Below are positions 18,382-28,500 of a DNA stretch of 32,919 nt, piece after piece. A program made the position numbers and the translations under genes. A model generated the notes under the pieces. The model made no database searches and was not told the DNA's origin. It saw only the letters and a program-made list of their open reading frames with translations. Source of the DNA: Alloprevotella sp. (GTDB taxonomy: Bacteria; Bacteroidota; Bacteroidia; Bacteroidales; Bacteroidaceae). The first letter of the stretch is position 1. Each line of letters opens with the position of its first letter. Location of the stretch: assembly GCA_015259235.1 (NCBI GenBank), contig JABZGM010000001.1, positions 1 to 32,919 on the forward strand, given 5' to 3'.

Positions 18382-19602
18382 TTAGTCCACTTGCACCACA
18401 TATTCTAGCGTCCACTCACGTTCGGGTGATTCTACCACAACGATGCGCAGCACGTGTTCGCCTGCTGAGGGGAAAACGAGGAAATCTCCATCAGGTAGCA
18501 CGGCTTGGTCGTCAATCTCATAAGTGATTTTTGCTGCATTTTCTGCCAAATCGCGCCAATAGAGGGGCAGACGACGTGGACAAGTGCCGTTCTCGCGAAT
18601 GGTGTAAAGCTGAGGAATGCGAGTGTCATCATTGACTCCACGGTCGAGTTGCTGGGTTTTCACCGCAAGTTGCGCAGTTTTCTCAGAAAGTTCCTCTCCC
18701 ACTCGAGTAGCAATGGTGATAACATAGTTGGTGTTGGGCAGCAAATGCGTCAATAAGTATTGGTGTTCACTGGTAGTGGTCTTTACTTCACCATTTACAC
18801 GCACTTCATATTGCGCTCCTGCCTGTGCCACGGGCAACCACGACAAGGCAATTTCTCTCTGCTGGGCTTTTACTTTGAGATCGGTGGGAGGCAACAAGTT
18901 GTTATTGGCAGTAGGCTCGGCTATCATCACAAGACTGATGTCGTCCATTTGGATAAACCCACCAGCTGTTTGGGCTTCACCGTCATACTCTAGGTAAAAT
19001 CCCACACCCGCATGGTCTGCTTGGCGAGGTGCCTCAAACACGAGTTCTCTCTTCTGCCAAGTTTCAGAGATATTCGTAGCAAGATCGGCAGCCGCCTTAC
19101 GCTCATCTTTCTTCAATTTTGCGCCACCACGCAACCAATCTATAGTGGTAATCACATTGTTTTTCATCTTTTGCCCCTTATACCAGTAGGTCAAACGATA
19201 GGTGGCTCCTCCTTTTACACGAAGATGGTAGGGATAGAACTCTGCATCGCGCGTATAAAAAGACCCGCCGTTGGGATAAAACGTCATAGCATACTCACCG
19301 CTATGCGCATCTTTCGTGCGTTTGGGGAAAAGTGAAGCATTGATGTACCAGAACTGTGGTTTGAGATAAGGGTCAAAATCTGCAGGAGGATTTTCTTCTT
19401 CCGAACCATCATCGGGATTTTCATTATCATTTTCAGATACTTCCGCAGTAGTCGCAGCACGTGTGGAAGCCACATCAATAGGGGCTGTTCTGTAGGATTC
19501 AAAACCGCCATTGGGCAGAATGTTTTGTCCCAACTGTGCAAAGGTTTGTAGGGAAAATCCGCAAAGAATCAGTACAAAAAGAGAATATAATCGTTGCGTC
19601 AT
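18382..19602 (-). CDS. Secreted protein with CBM4/9-like and fibronectin type III domains
   Basis: SPI signal from ATG 19602 (TFA-Q); NILPNGGFE...AHSGEYA...YRLTYWYK...MDDISL (CBM4/9-like); PPTDL...LSW...YEV...LLPNTNY (FN3). Confidence 0.75.
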   Translation of the reverse strand: MTQRLYSLFVLILCGFSLQTFAQLGQNILPNGGFESYRTAPIDVASTRAATTAEVSENDNENPDDGSEEENPPADFDPYLKPQFWYINASLFPKRTKDAHSGEYAMTFYPNGGSFYTRDAEFYPYHLRVKGGATYRLTYWYKGQKMKNNVITTIDWLRGGAKLKKDERKAAADLATNISETWQKRELVFEAPRQADHAGVGFYLEYDGEAQTAGGFIQMDDISLVMIAEPTANNNLLPPTDLKVKAQQREIALSWLPVAQAGAQYEVRVNGEVKTTTSEHQYLLTHLLPNTNYVITIATRVGEELSEKTAQLAVKTQQLDRGVNDDTRIPQLYTIRENGTCPRRLPLYWRDLAENAAKITYEIDDQAVLPDGDFLVFPSAGEHVLRIVVVESPEREWTLEYVVQVD

Positions 19603-19718
19603 ATCAGAAAAGACGTGAGATTTTATAAATGTATATATGGGCAAGAGAGGAAATATGTGAGCGAAAACTGCAGGCAGTAGCCTGCCCCCTGCCGTATTGA
19701 CGGAGAATGGCGAAGCAC

Positions 19719-20888
19719 TTATTTCAAACCGTATCGCTCCTTAATCTGTTTTGCCACTTGAAAGAGCACACCTTCTTGTGCTGTTGTGCCAAGCAGTCGT
19801 TCGCGCTCCCACATCCCTCCCTCGGCAGTGAGAGTGGCAATGAGGGCATTCACCTCATCATAGGTGAAATAGGGCTTTCCCTCGGCATTACGGGTGAACT
19901 GCAAAGCATAGATGGCGCCAAGTGCTTGTCCCAAGAAAGGCAGAGCGTGGGCAGGTTCTTCGTTGAGATTGCTCAAAGTGCGCGTGCCCGTGAGCAAATG
20001 TAGAGCATTGGCAGCTGCCACCTTGGAAAGTTCAGACCGCACGATGCGCATTTGCTCCAGAGCATCGGTATATCGATATTCTGTCAAGGCTTGACGACCT
20101 AGGGCAAAGGCACGATACAGGGTGATGCGACTCTTCTTTAGGGCTGAAATCTCGGAGTTTTCCACCAAGGGCAACCAATACTGATAGTATCCCCAAGCTA
20201 AATCCCAATGGTGCTCGAGCGCAGTGTAGTTGCGTCCTGGGAGGAGTTTGCCATTTTCGTGATCATTGCGAAGTTGTTCATTGAGCAGCACCGCCTCATC
20301 CAAGTGCACATTGAGGATTTGGTCGAGAAAAGCCGCACCACGCACGAGTTCTTGAAACATTTCTGCCACTACGACACCACGGTCATCGGCAAAGCATAGA
20401 TTGACATCACCAATATGATAACCAACAAAGCCACCTTTACCCTTTTCTGCACGTTGATTGCGCGTGGTGCTCGGACTTGTTGTGCCGAGTCCACTGAGTT
20501 TTCCTGTGGTTGTGAAGATTTGCTCCACATCACTCAAGACTTTCGCGCTGTCTGCTGCATGAAGTGCCGAACGACAAAGGATATTTCTAGGCGACCATCC
20601 AAATTCTCCTTCGTTAAAATAGCCCTTCATACGCGTCATGTTGGCAGGGTACATGAGATTGGCTTCCACCAAAAAACTCGAATAAACGTAGTCCAATGGC
20701 TGTTTGACCAACTGGCACTCGAGAATATCCACGCTACTTGTCCCATTTCGCTTAAAACTATAAGTGGGATCGGGCACAGGCGGATAGATATAGGACGTCT
20801 CCACCACTTCGTCGGAAGTCGTATCACAACTTTGCAGCGAAAAGACGCCAAGAAGTAGAAAAGGAAGAAGAGAATAGACGTTAGACAT
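19719..20888 (-). CDS. DUF4856-like lipoprotein (possible IcsH counterpart)
   Basis: Lipobox LQSC; YSFKRNGTSSVD and NYTALEHHWDLAWGY motifs as recalled for DUF4856; helical, in an iron-uptake-like context. Confidence 0.72.
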   Translation of the reverse strand: MSNVYSLLPFLLLGVFSLQSCDTTSDEVVETSYIYPPVPDPTYSFKRNGTSSVDILECQLVKQPLDYVYSSFLVEANLMYPANMTRMKGYFNEGEFGWSPRNILCRSALHAADSAKVLSDVEQIFTTTGKLSGLGTTSPSTTRNQRAEKGKGGFVGYHIGDVNLCFADDRGVVVAEMFQELVRGAAFLDQILNVHLDEAVLLNEQLRNDHENGKLLPGRNYTALEHHWDLAWGYYQYWLPLVENSEISALKKSRITLYRAFALGRQALTEYRYTDALEQMRIVRSELSKVAAANALHLLTGTRTLSNLNEEPAHALPFLGQALGAIYALQFTRNAEGKPYFTYDEVNALIATLTAEGGMWERERLLGTTAQEGVLFQVAKQIKERYGLK

Positions 20889-20972
20889 TAGAGATTAGAC
20901 GTTAGAGGGTCGCGGACCCGTTTTTGCTCGCCACAGAGTGGCTCGGGCGTTTTAGACGTTAGAGAGTAGACA
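20874..20972. repeat. Heptamer (TTAGACR/TTAGAGR) array plus double-hairpin module, copy 1
   Basis: ATAGACG TTAGACA TTAGAGA TTAGACG TTAGAGG, hairpin GGGTC-GCG-GACCC, TTTTTGCTC, hairpin GCCAC-AGA-GTGGC, then three more heptamers. Confidence 0.88.
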
Positions 20973-20979
20973 GTGGGGT

Positions 20980-21603
20980 TTAAGGCAAAATGATGTAGCC
21001 GCAGAAGGGATGTTTTATTTTTGCTATACCCTCATCGTTCTGATGTTCCTGCACCTCCAAAGGACGCACGATGGTGAAGCCATCTTCAGAAACGGCAGAG
21101 ATACTGGCTTTAATGGAAGATCCGAAAGGACCGACACCATTGACCAAGAGATACATAGGATGTCCGGATTTTGCTTCAAAAGTCACGCGGTGTTCACGAC
21201 CATTGGTCAGATGCGTTTCAGCCGTAGTGTCACGTACTGAGGTGGCAATGGTGTGCAACTGCTGGTCAGCCCCAACATAGCGCACCACATAGCGACTGTC
21301 TACTGCATCTTTTGCCACTAGCGTGCCGCCGAAAGTAGTTTCTTTATAGCTACAAGTCAAGGTGACGCGATAAGTGCGCACATCTTCCTCAATCTTTACG
21401 CCAGGATAGACAAAAGCACTGATGGGCGCATCGGGATCACCCAAACGAAGATTTTGGTCTTCATAAGAAATCCGTGGTCGCTCAGCTCCCTTGAAAGGAA
21501 AGAGTCGATCGTAGTCTTCCAGAGGCGCATCAACCTCAGATTTCTGACAACTTCCGAGGAATAGCGCGCTAAGGAGCAACAGGGGATATAGGATGTTAGA
21601 CAT
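20980..21603 (-). CDS. Hypothetical lipoprotein (possible IcsG counterpart)
   Basis: Lipobox LGSC-QKSE; 207 aa, beta-rich; lies between the DUF4302-like and DUF4856-like genes. Confidence 0.75.
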   Translation of the reverse strand: MSNILYPLLLLSALFLGSCQKSEVDAPLEDYDRLFPFKGAERPRISYEDQNLRLGDPDAPISAFVYPGVKIEEDVRTYRVTLTCSYKETTFGGTLVAKDAVDSRYVVRYVGADQQLHTIATSVRDTTAETHLTNGREHRVTFEAKSGHPMYLLVNGVGPFGSSIKASISAVSEDGFTIVRPLEVQEHQNDEGIAKIKHPFCGYIILP

Positions 21604-21726
21604 TAGAGACTAGACGTTAGAGGGTCGCAGACCCTTTTTTGCTCGCCACGACTAGCGTGGCTCGATGTTAGAATATAGAGATGGGCACAGACCCTTTTTT
21701 GCTCGCCACGACAAGCGTGGCTTGAT
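21589..21726. repeat. Heptamer array plus double-hairpin module, copies 2 and 3 (60-bp period)
   Basis: 21595-21649 matches 20880-20934 at 52/55 positions; CAGACCCTTTTTTGCTCGCCACGACWAGCGTGGCTYGAT occurs at 21628 and 21688. Confidence 0.9.
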
Positions 21727-21779
21727 AATAGAATCTAGATTCTAGATGCAAGACGAGAGGAAGTGAACGCAACCTCGCA

Positions 21780-22799
21780 CTATTTCGCATCCCAAATCTC
21801 GGCTTTCAGTCCGGTGATTCTGCCTTCAGGGTGCAAATGACGGCTCACATAGCGTGTGGTTCGAAGCAGTGTGTCATACACTTCCACAAGTTCTGCTTCA
21901 AACTTGTTGCCATTGCGCACAAAATCATAGAATTGTATCTTCTTGTCATAGCGCAAACCTGCGCGGAAAGTCAAGCCTTGCTCCGTGCCTACGTAGCCTG
22001 AGCCCAAACCTGTGATGGATTTTGGAGGATAGTCAGGGATGGGATTGCGCTGTTTGACAAAGACAAAGAGATAAAATCGCTTATCTTTGATTTCGCGCAA
22101 CAGAGATGCGTTGGTTTCCACTGGACGCTTCACGAAGTAATCACTCTGAAAATAGATGCGTCCTCCTTGATGAATGCGCAACTGAGGGTTGAGCATCCCT
22201 TCAAACCATTGACGATTCTCCACCGACTTCTGCACCACCTCTGCCATTCCCTCTGGAGATTTGAGCGGAACCATGCGAATGTATTCGCGCGCTGGGCGCA
22301 AATGCTGTGCTGTGCGAAACATCAGTGCACCATCAGGGTCGGTGCCCATGAAGAGCCAGTCGGAACTTCCTTCAAAACGCTCATTGACCAGTTGGTGCAA
22401 ATAGGAATAAGTCACAAAACTCAACTGGGTAAAACTATTTCTGTTGATAGAAAATTCACTCACCTCGGGAGTTTTGGCGGTGTTGTCGGAATAGTCGGCA
22501 CGCATCTCCACCTTATTGTCTGCCGTAAAGCGCATGGTGAAACAATGCCCGCCATATCCGTAGCTTCCGCGTAGGAGCGACTGAGGAATATCTTGGTCGG
22601 GCTGGGTGTAGAGCAAAGAGTCGGTGCGTGAGAAATAGAGGACTCTCCACCCATAAGGCGCACTGACGAGCCGTTGTTTCAGAGCATCTACGGCATCTTG
22701 CGCACGTGTTGTGGGCGAAGTCTTAAAAACAGAATCATCACTATTGCAAGCGGCAAGTGTGCCGAGGCAAAGCAATAGTAGAAAGAGATACTTACGCAT
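21780..22799 (-). CDS. DUF4302-like lipoprotein (possible IcsF counterpart)
   Basis: Lipobox LAAC-NSDDS; LVSAPYGWRVLYF, YGGHCFTMRF and LSFVTYSYLHQL; visibly paralogous to 8080-9399. Confidence 0.75.
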   Translation of the reverse strand: MRKYLFLLLLCLGTLAACNSDDSVFKTSPTTRAQDAVDALKQRLVSAPYGWRVLYFSRTDSLLYTQPDQDIPQSLLRGSYGYGGHCFTMRFTADNKVEMRADYSDNTAKTPEVSEFSINRNSFTQLSFVTYSYLHQLVNERFEGSSDWLFMGTDPDGALMFRTAQHLRPAREYIRMVPLKSPEGMAEVVQKSVENRQWFEGMLNPQLRIHQGGRIYFQSDYFVKRPVETNASLLREIKDKRFYLFVFVKQRNPIPDYPPKSITGLGSGYVGTEQGLTFRAGLRYDKKIQFYDFVRNGNKFEAELVEVYDTLLRTTRYVSRHLHPEGRITGLKAEIWDAK

Positions 22800-22832
22800 T
22801 ATATAATATAGGAGTTGCTGAGAAAAAATCCA

Positions 22833-23834
22833 CTATCCACGATAGCTGCGGAGCTTGCGTGCGGTGGTGATTTGCCAACGGCGGAAGTCTACGCGCCACA
22901 CTTTCTGCAAATAGTCCGTCACAAAGGCTTGTTTGCGGCTCAACTGCTGAGCTGCTACTTTAGCTTCTTCCGTGTAACGTGCCTGCACTTCAGGATCGGC
23001 ATCCGTGTCGGGCGTAGCGGCTTCGGTCAAAGCCTGTTGCACCTGCAAGGGAGTGGCACAAACCGTGGCACTGATCATTTCTGCCATGTCTTCTTCTGCT
23101 GAGACCATACCATGAATCGTGAGAAAACCGCGCTTGTTCGCCCATCCGTCAATGCCAAACTGTTGATCGATGGTGCGACCAGCTTGCCAAGGAGCCACCA
23201 ACGAAGCCGTGCTTCCCGTGTAGCGATCGCCAGAGATGGCGGAGAACGCCACTCGGTCATAAGGAAGTTGTGCCAGGAGACGGCGAGAGAGTTGATGAAA
23301 TCCCATGCGTGCCAACAAATAAACCTTATTGGGGTCGTCTGGGGAAAAGGCATTGCAATGGGTGAGCATCATCGTGGTGGGAGCTTGTGGCAAAGACAAC
23401 CGCACCATACCATGAGCATCGGCATAGGCTCCTCCATAAAGCACCAAGCGCAATGGCGCGCGACCGAGAAGAAAGTTAGAACGATCTTGTTCGGCAAAGG
23501 CGAAGCTCTCTAAACACAAGGTGCGGAAGGCGCGCAACACAGGTTTCACCTGCTCAGCTCGTGGAGGATAAAGATAGTCGGTTGCTGCACCGCCATGATT
23601 TTCTTGGCGATAAACCACCTCTATGCCATAAGGCACAGTGATGCTGTCGCGAATCCAGCGATCAATTTCCGTTGCTTGCACAGCACTTTGACGCGTAGCC
23701 ACCACACTTGTGGAAGAAAGTTCATCTTCTCCACAACTGCTAAGCAGAGAGATGCTCAACACAAGAAGAGCAAGAGCGCAAAGTTTATGGCGCAAAACAG
23801 AACAATTTGAAAAAAACATAGACATCGTCATCAT
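22833..23834 (-). CDS. Zinc-metallopeptidase-like lipoprotein with degenerate active site (possible IcsE counterpart)
   Basis: Lipobox LSSC-GEDE; aligns by eye with 7176-8072 (IDRWIRDSITVPYGI vs FEKWLLQNYTNPYNI; GFLT...EDMAE vs GFIS...EDIAE), but the HExxH position reads HQLSR; ATGA overlap with the susD stop. Confidence 0.8.
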   Translation of the reverse strand: MMTMSMFFSNCSVLRHKLCALALLVLSISLLSSCGEDELSSTSVVATRQSAVQATEIDRWIRDSITVPYGIEVVYRQENHGGAATDYLYPPRAEQVKPVLRAFRTLCLESFAFAEQDRSNFLLGRAPLRLVLYGGAYADAHGMVRLSLPQAPTTMMLTHCNAFSPDDPNKVYLLARMGFHQLSRRLLAQLPYDRVAFSAISGDRYTGSTASLVAPWQAGRTIDQQFGIDGWANKRGFLTIHGMVSAEEDMAEMISATVCATPLQVQQALTEAATPDTDADPEVQARYTEEAKVAAQQLSRKQAFVTDYLQKVWRVDFRRWQITTARKLRSYRG

Positions 23835-25390
23835 TGGAATACTTCATTGCGTTCGCGCGGATTGGGAGCGAGTCCGCGTTCTTGCGCTTGAATGGGGATT
23901 TGCAACATCTTGCGAGGATCTTCCTTCTCAAGAGGGTGATAATAACTACTCTTGTCGCTGCGTTTGAGCGCGAGATGGAAGCGGCGAATATCCAACCATC
24001 GCAAGCCTTCTTGGAAAAACTCTTGGCGACGCAATCCAAGAATTGTGCGCACCATAGCCAGTTGTTTGAGCGTAAGTCCATAACTTGGACGAATCTCATT
24101 GTAATGTTTCCTACTTGTGTTGGTGAAAACTGCGCGTTCTACGGAGGGCATAAATCCAAACTTCCCTTGCCAATAGTCCATCATGTCGTCAATCGCAGCA
24201 GAATAACGCTGCATCATCGCCAAAGCCTCCATGCGATTGAGCAACACCTCGTCAGTGGTGAGCAACACATTGGTGACATAGATGCCGCGCGGTTTGCTAC
24301 CGGTACTTTCCACACTGGAGAGTTCGTCGAATTTGGCTTGATACACCCCATCCTTCACGGGAGAGGGTGAGGAAGAAAAGAGATAAGTGCTCACCATGTC
24401 CATGCGTGCATAGTCGCCCCCTCCTTCGATACCAGCACGCGCAAAGACTTCGTTCATCGTGGTGTAGGTGGCTCCGTAGCGGTCGGTGGGTTGTTGGCGT
24501 GCATATCTCGACTCAGTGGTGGTGAGCAACAGGTTAGCAGGCTCGTCTGTGGCTGAATAACTGCGATAAAGTCCTGGATGATTGAACTCCAGTGTCTCTG
24601 CATATCGTTGCCAACTGCGAAGATGGCTCTTGGCATCACCACCTAACACGTAATCTGCGTAGGCAATGACTTGTGCCCAGTCCCCTTTGTGGAGATAGAA
24701 TCGCGAAGCAAAAGCATAAGCCGCTCGCTTGGTGAAATGAAATTTTGGATGTTTGTAGTAATGATCGTCGACAAGTGTGATGCCGCGCTGGAGATCCTTC
24801 TCAATCTTTTGGTACACCTCTGCCACTGTACCGCGTTGATAGTCCACGATGGCGTGCTTCTCTGGACGCTCCACATAAGGAATGCCAGGAGCATCGGAAT
24901 TTTCACGATAGGGTTCTGCCCAGATATTGACCAACATGAAGTGGAGATAGGCGCGCAACAAGAAGGCTTCGCCATACAAGGCTTTTACGCGAGGAGTCTT
25001 GGGATAGTTTGCCAGCAACTCCAGTGCTTTGTTGGCTTGCGCTATACCTTTGTAGCACGATTTCCAGTAGTTGAGCGGAGTGTCAAGGTCGTCTTGCTGA
25101 TCATCTTCCCAAAAATACATGGCTTCATTGAGACGTGTGTGCACGCCATTGGTGCGCAGCCCCACATTGTCCGTACGGGCTTCGAGGAATGCAAAATAAC
25201 TGGCTTGAGGATAGGCAGCAGTGAGCAATTCTGCAATCTTTTCTTCGTTGTCAATGCGAACTTTGAGTTCACTATCTGGCTGTTCGCTCAAGAAGTCCCC
25301 GCAACTCACACCGGCAATGAGCCACAGCGCACAGAGCCAAAGAGAGCTTCGTCGGAAAACGTGGGAGAGTTTGGAAAAAATGTCGGACAT
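23831..25390 (-). CDS. susD: RagB/SusD family lipoprotein (possible IcsD counterpart)
   Basis: Lipobox GVSC-GDFL; GEAFLLRAYLHFMLVN, AFASRFYL, EVLLNRMEA and EGLRWLDIRRF. Confidence 0.92.
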   Translation of the reverse strand: MSDIFSKLSHVFRRSSLWLCALWLIAGVSCGDFLSEQPDSELKVRIDNEEKIAELLTAAYPQASYFAFLEARTDNVGLRTNGVHTRLNEAMYFWEDDQQDDLDTPLNYWKSCYKGIAQANKALELLANYPKTPRVKALYGEAFLLRAYLHFMLVNIWAEPYRENSDAPGIPYVERPEKHAIVDYQRGTVAEVYQKIEKDLQRGITLVDDHYYKHPKFHFTKRAAYAFASRFYLHKGDWAQVIAYADYVLGGDAKSHLRSWQRYAETLEFNHPGLYRSYSATDEPANLLLTTTESRYARQQPTDRYGATYTTMNEVFARAGIEGGGDYARMDMVSTYLFSSSPSPVKDGVYQAKFDELSSVESTGSKPRGIYVTNVLLTTDEVLLNRMEALAMMQRYSAAIDDMMDYWQGKFGFMPSVERAVFTNTSRKHYNEIRPSYGLTLKQLAMVRTILGLRRQEFFQEGLRWLDIRRFHLALKRSDKSSYYHPLEKEDPRKMLQIPIQAQERGLAPNPRERNEVFQ

Positions 25391-25457
25391 TTTTGGAAAA
25401 ACGTTGGAGTTTTTTGGAAAAACGTGGGAGATTTTCTGAGAAATCTCGGAGATTTTG
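25353..25457 (-). repeat. 21-bp tandem repeat x5, same family as 11344-11427, overlapping the susD start
   Basis: + strand units such as GGAAAAACGTGGGAGATTTTC start at 25353, 25374, 25395, 25416 and 25437; the reverse complement is GAAAATCTCCCACGTTTTTCC. Confidence 0.9.
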
Positions 25458-25525
25458 TGTAGCCCCTTCGGAACCCCTTAAAATTCGAGCCTAGGGGGAC
25501 TAGCTTCTCACGCAATAATCTGGCT

Positions 25526-28500
25526 TTAGAAACCTAGAGAGAGCGAGAGGGTCACTTGGCGCGGCGTGGGCAATGCCACACCACCAGAGCGATAATACTC
25601 AGGATCTTGACCGTGCAAACGAGGGTCGGCATAAATCAGCAAAGGATTGGTGACATTCAAACGTACGGTTGCTGAAGAGAAAGAGAGTTTCTTAGTCACG
25701 CTTTCTGAAAGACGATAAGCCAAAGCCACATTTTTCAGGCGAACGAAGGAACCGTCTGCCACCATCTCCTGCGAATAGTTGTAAGTGTTGTAAGCGCGCT
25801 CTATGTTTTCTCGTCCCACTTGTTCAATCAAGGCTTGCGAGGGAAGAACAGGCACATCAGTGCGCAGTTCATCACCAGGATTCAACCAACGATCACGATA
25901 GCGCGTGGAAAAGACGTTGAGATCGGCAAACGAAGGGTCGAAGGTGGGGTTCAAACGAATCTTATTGCCAGCCTGCATGGTGAAGAACACAGAGAGTTCC
26001 CACTGTTTCCACGAGAGAGTATTGGAAAGTCCACCAGTGATTTGCGGTTCGATGGGACCATGATAGCGCAGATAAGTCTTATTATATTGTGTGTCCGAGA
26101 AGTCTGCTCCTGCAATGTGGGAATATTCGCCCGAGTTGGTGGGATAACGTCCAAAATGGAACGTAGGCAATCCGTTGATGTCTAGTCCATCATAGTTGAA
26201 GGAGAAAAGCGAACCGCGAGGGAAGCCCACAATGTTGCCGCGTCCGCGTCCAGCCACCATGTCGAAAGCGGTGGGAGCATTGAGCAAACGAGTAACTTCT
26301 TGGTGCATGGCACTAAACGTGAGACTGGTGCTCCACTTGAAGTCGGAAGTTTTCACATTCACAGTGTGCAATCCTAGCTCCACACCCTGCGTGCGCATAT
26401 CGCCAAAATTGGCATATTTGTAGTATTGTCCGCCTACACCAGACGTAGCCACGAGGTCGATGAGATCATAACTGTTGCGCGCATAGAAATCGAGCGTGGC
26501 ACTGATGCGATTGTCCCAAAGACCGAGCTCAAGACCTGCGTTCCACTCCACCATCTTTTCCCAAGTGAGGTCGCGATTCTCCAAGTGGAGGATGTCGAGT
26601 TGGTTTTCTCTGTCTGCTAAATGCTGACGTGGGGTGAGCGCATTGCGATAAACAGCCGAAGCATTCACGGCGGCTTCGTTCATCTTTGCCGTGAGTCCGT
26701 AGCTCAAGCGCAGAGCAAGTTTCGAAATAGTGGGATAAGCGCGGAGGAATTCCTCACGATCCACATTCCATTTCGCACCGATATTCCAGGTAGGCAACCA
26801 AAGACTACCGTTGCGCTGTCCAGAAGTATTAGCACTCTCATAGTTGAGCACCCCATTCACCACATATTTTCCAGCAAAACCATAGGTGCCGTTGAGCGAA
26901 AAGGTGACACCGCGGTCAATTTGTTCGCGACGACCAAAATAGCTCTCGCCTTCGTCTGCCAGTTTTTGGAATATCAAGGGGGTGTGATACACTTGATTGC
27001 CACGATCATACTGGATGCCGTAGCCGCTGAAAGGCGTGGAAGTGCGCAGTGCATGACGCGCTTCGGCAAAAGCAAAGCCTTTCACGTCGTGCTGTCCGAA
27101 AGATTTTTCATAGTCCACAGCGATGCGCGCCAACCAACTGTGGAGTGCGGCTTCGTTTTGATTGAGCAAACCACCTTGAGGAACGCCCACTTGTGGCAAC
27201 AATTCGGGATGATCTTTATCGCGCACCAAATAGATGTTCTCACGCGCCACCTCAGGCGTTTCGTTGGCACGCATAGCTGCCATGAGATTGCTCTGAGCAT
27301 CCACGCGGTGTGAGGTGGAGGTGTGGGCTTGTCGCGCAGACACGAGAGCTTTCACCGACAAATCTTCGCGCAACTTGTAGTCGGCTTCCGCCTGCAATTT
27401 GAAGTCCACCACATCTATGTCCATCTTGTTGTTGGCATATTCGTGGAGGATGTTGAAGGGTGCCCAGTTGTTGCGATAGAACGACAGCGTTCCATCGGGA
27501 TTATAGGGCGAAAGGGTGCGGCTCGTGCCGAGAGCGTAAGAAAAAGGATTGATGTCAAAATCGCGTTCAAACACCCCTTGCGCATGGTTCTTGCGTTGGG
27601 GCAAAGTGCCTGGCGCTGACTGTCCACGCAAACTACCTTGTGCGGTGAGCGTTGCAGTGAATTTGGGCGAAATGTAGAAGGTGTTTTTGAGATGAGCGGT
27701 AAGACGGTTCACCTTTTCGGGGAGTGTCCATCCGCCATCGTGGTAGAAACCCACAGAAACATAGGTGGCAGTGTTTTTTCCTCCGCCAGAGAGAGAGATG
27801 CTGTGCTGTGTGGTGGGAGCTAAAGTGAAGAGTTGGCGGAACCAATCGGTGTTAGCCATTTCTCCACGTTGGAGAAAGGCGGCACGCGCTTCGGGGGTGT
27901 TGGGTTGCAAGAAGCTCCCTTTCGCCAAATCGTAGGTGCCTACGGCATCATACCATTGACCAAAGATGCCGCTTCTGCGACCATAGCGAGAAGAATTGGC
28001 GTCGAAATAGCCTTTCTCTTCCATCTCTTGATAGAGCGCCATGGTTTCTTGCGAATTGAGTAAGTCGTATTGTCCGTAATTCGGACGCAAGCGCACACTG
28101 TTCTCCGTGCTATAGTTCACTTTGAGCGGAGTTTCGCGCTGCCCTTGCTTTGTGGTCACGACAATAACGCCATTCAAAGCGCGCGCTCCATAGACAGAGG
28201 TGGCAGAAGCGTCTTTGAGCACCTGAATGTCTTGGATGTCGGCTGGATTGAGTCCGGCTATCGCTGAACCAATGAGGGTGACGGCATCGCCCGATGCCAA
28301 CTGATCGAGCGAGAGATGCACCAAATCTTCGTAGACGGCGCCATCGATGACCCACAAGGGCTGAACATTGCCCAAGATGGACGCACCACCGCGGATGTTG
28401 ATGCGAGGGGCTGCGCCAAATGTGCCACTGATGGTTTGAAGATTCAGACCTGCCACGCGACCTTCGAGCATTTTGCTCACATCTGCCACGCCTTCTAGAC

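Noticed and set aside
20880..21700. GTTAGAC matches the integron core site GTTRRRY, suggesting attC cassettes
   Set aside because: All copies are in direct orientation with no RYYYAAC inverse core on the same strand, no long attC palindrome and no integrase in the window.
21628..21726. Repeat-spacer-repeat with a 60-bp period resembling a mini-CRISPR
   Set aside because: Only two adjacent copies, the spacer is made of degenerate heptamers, and there are no cas genes or leader.
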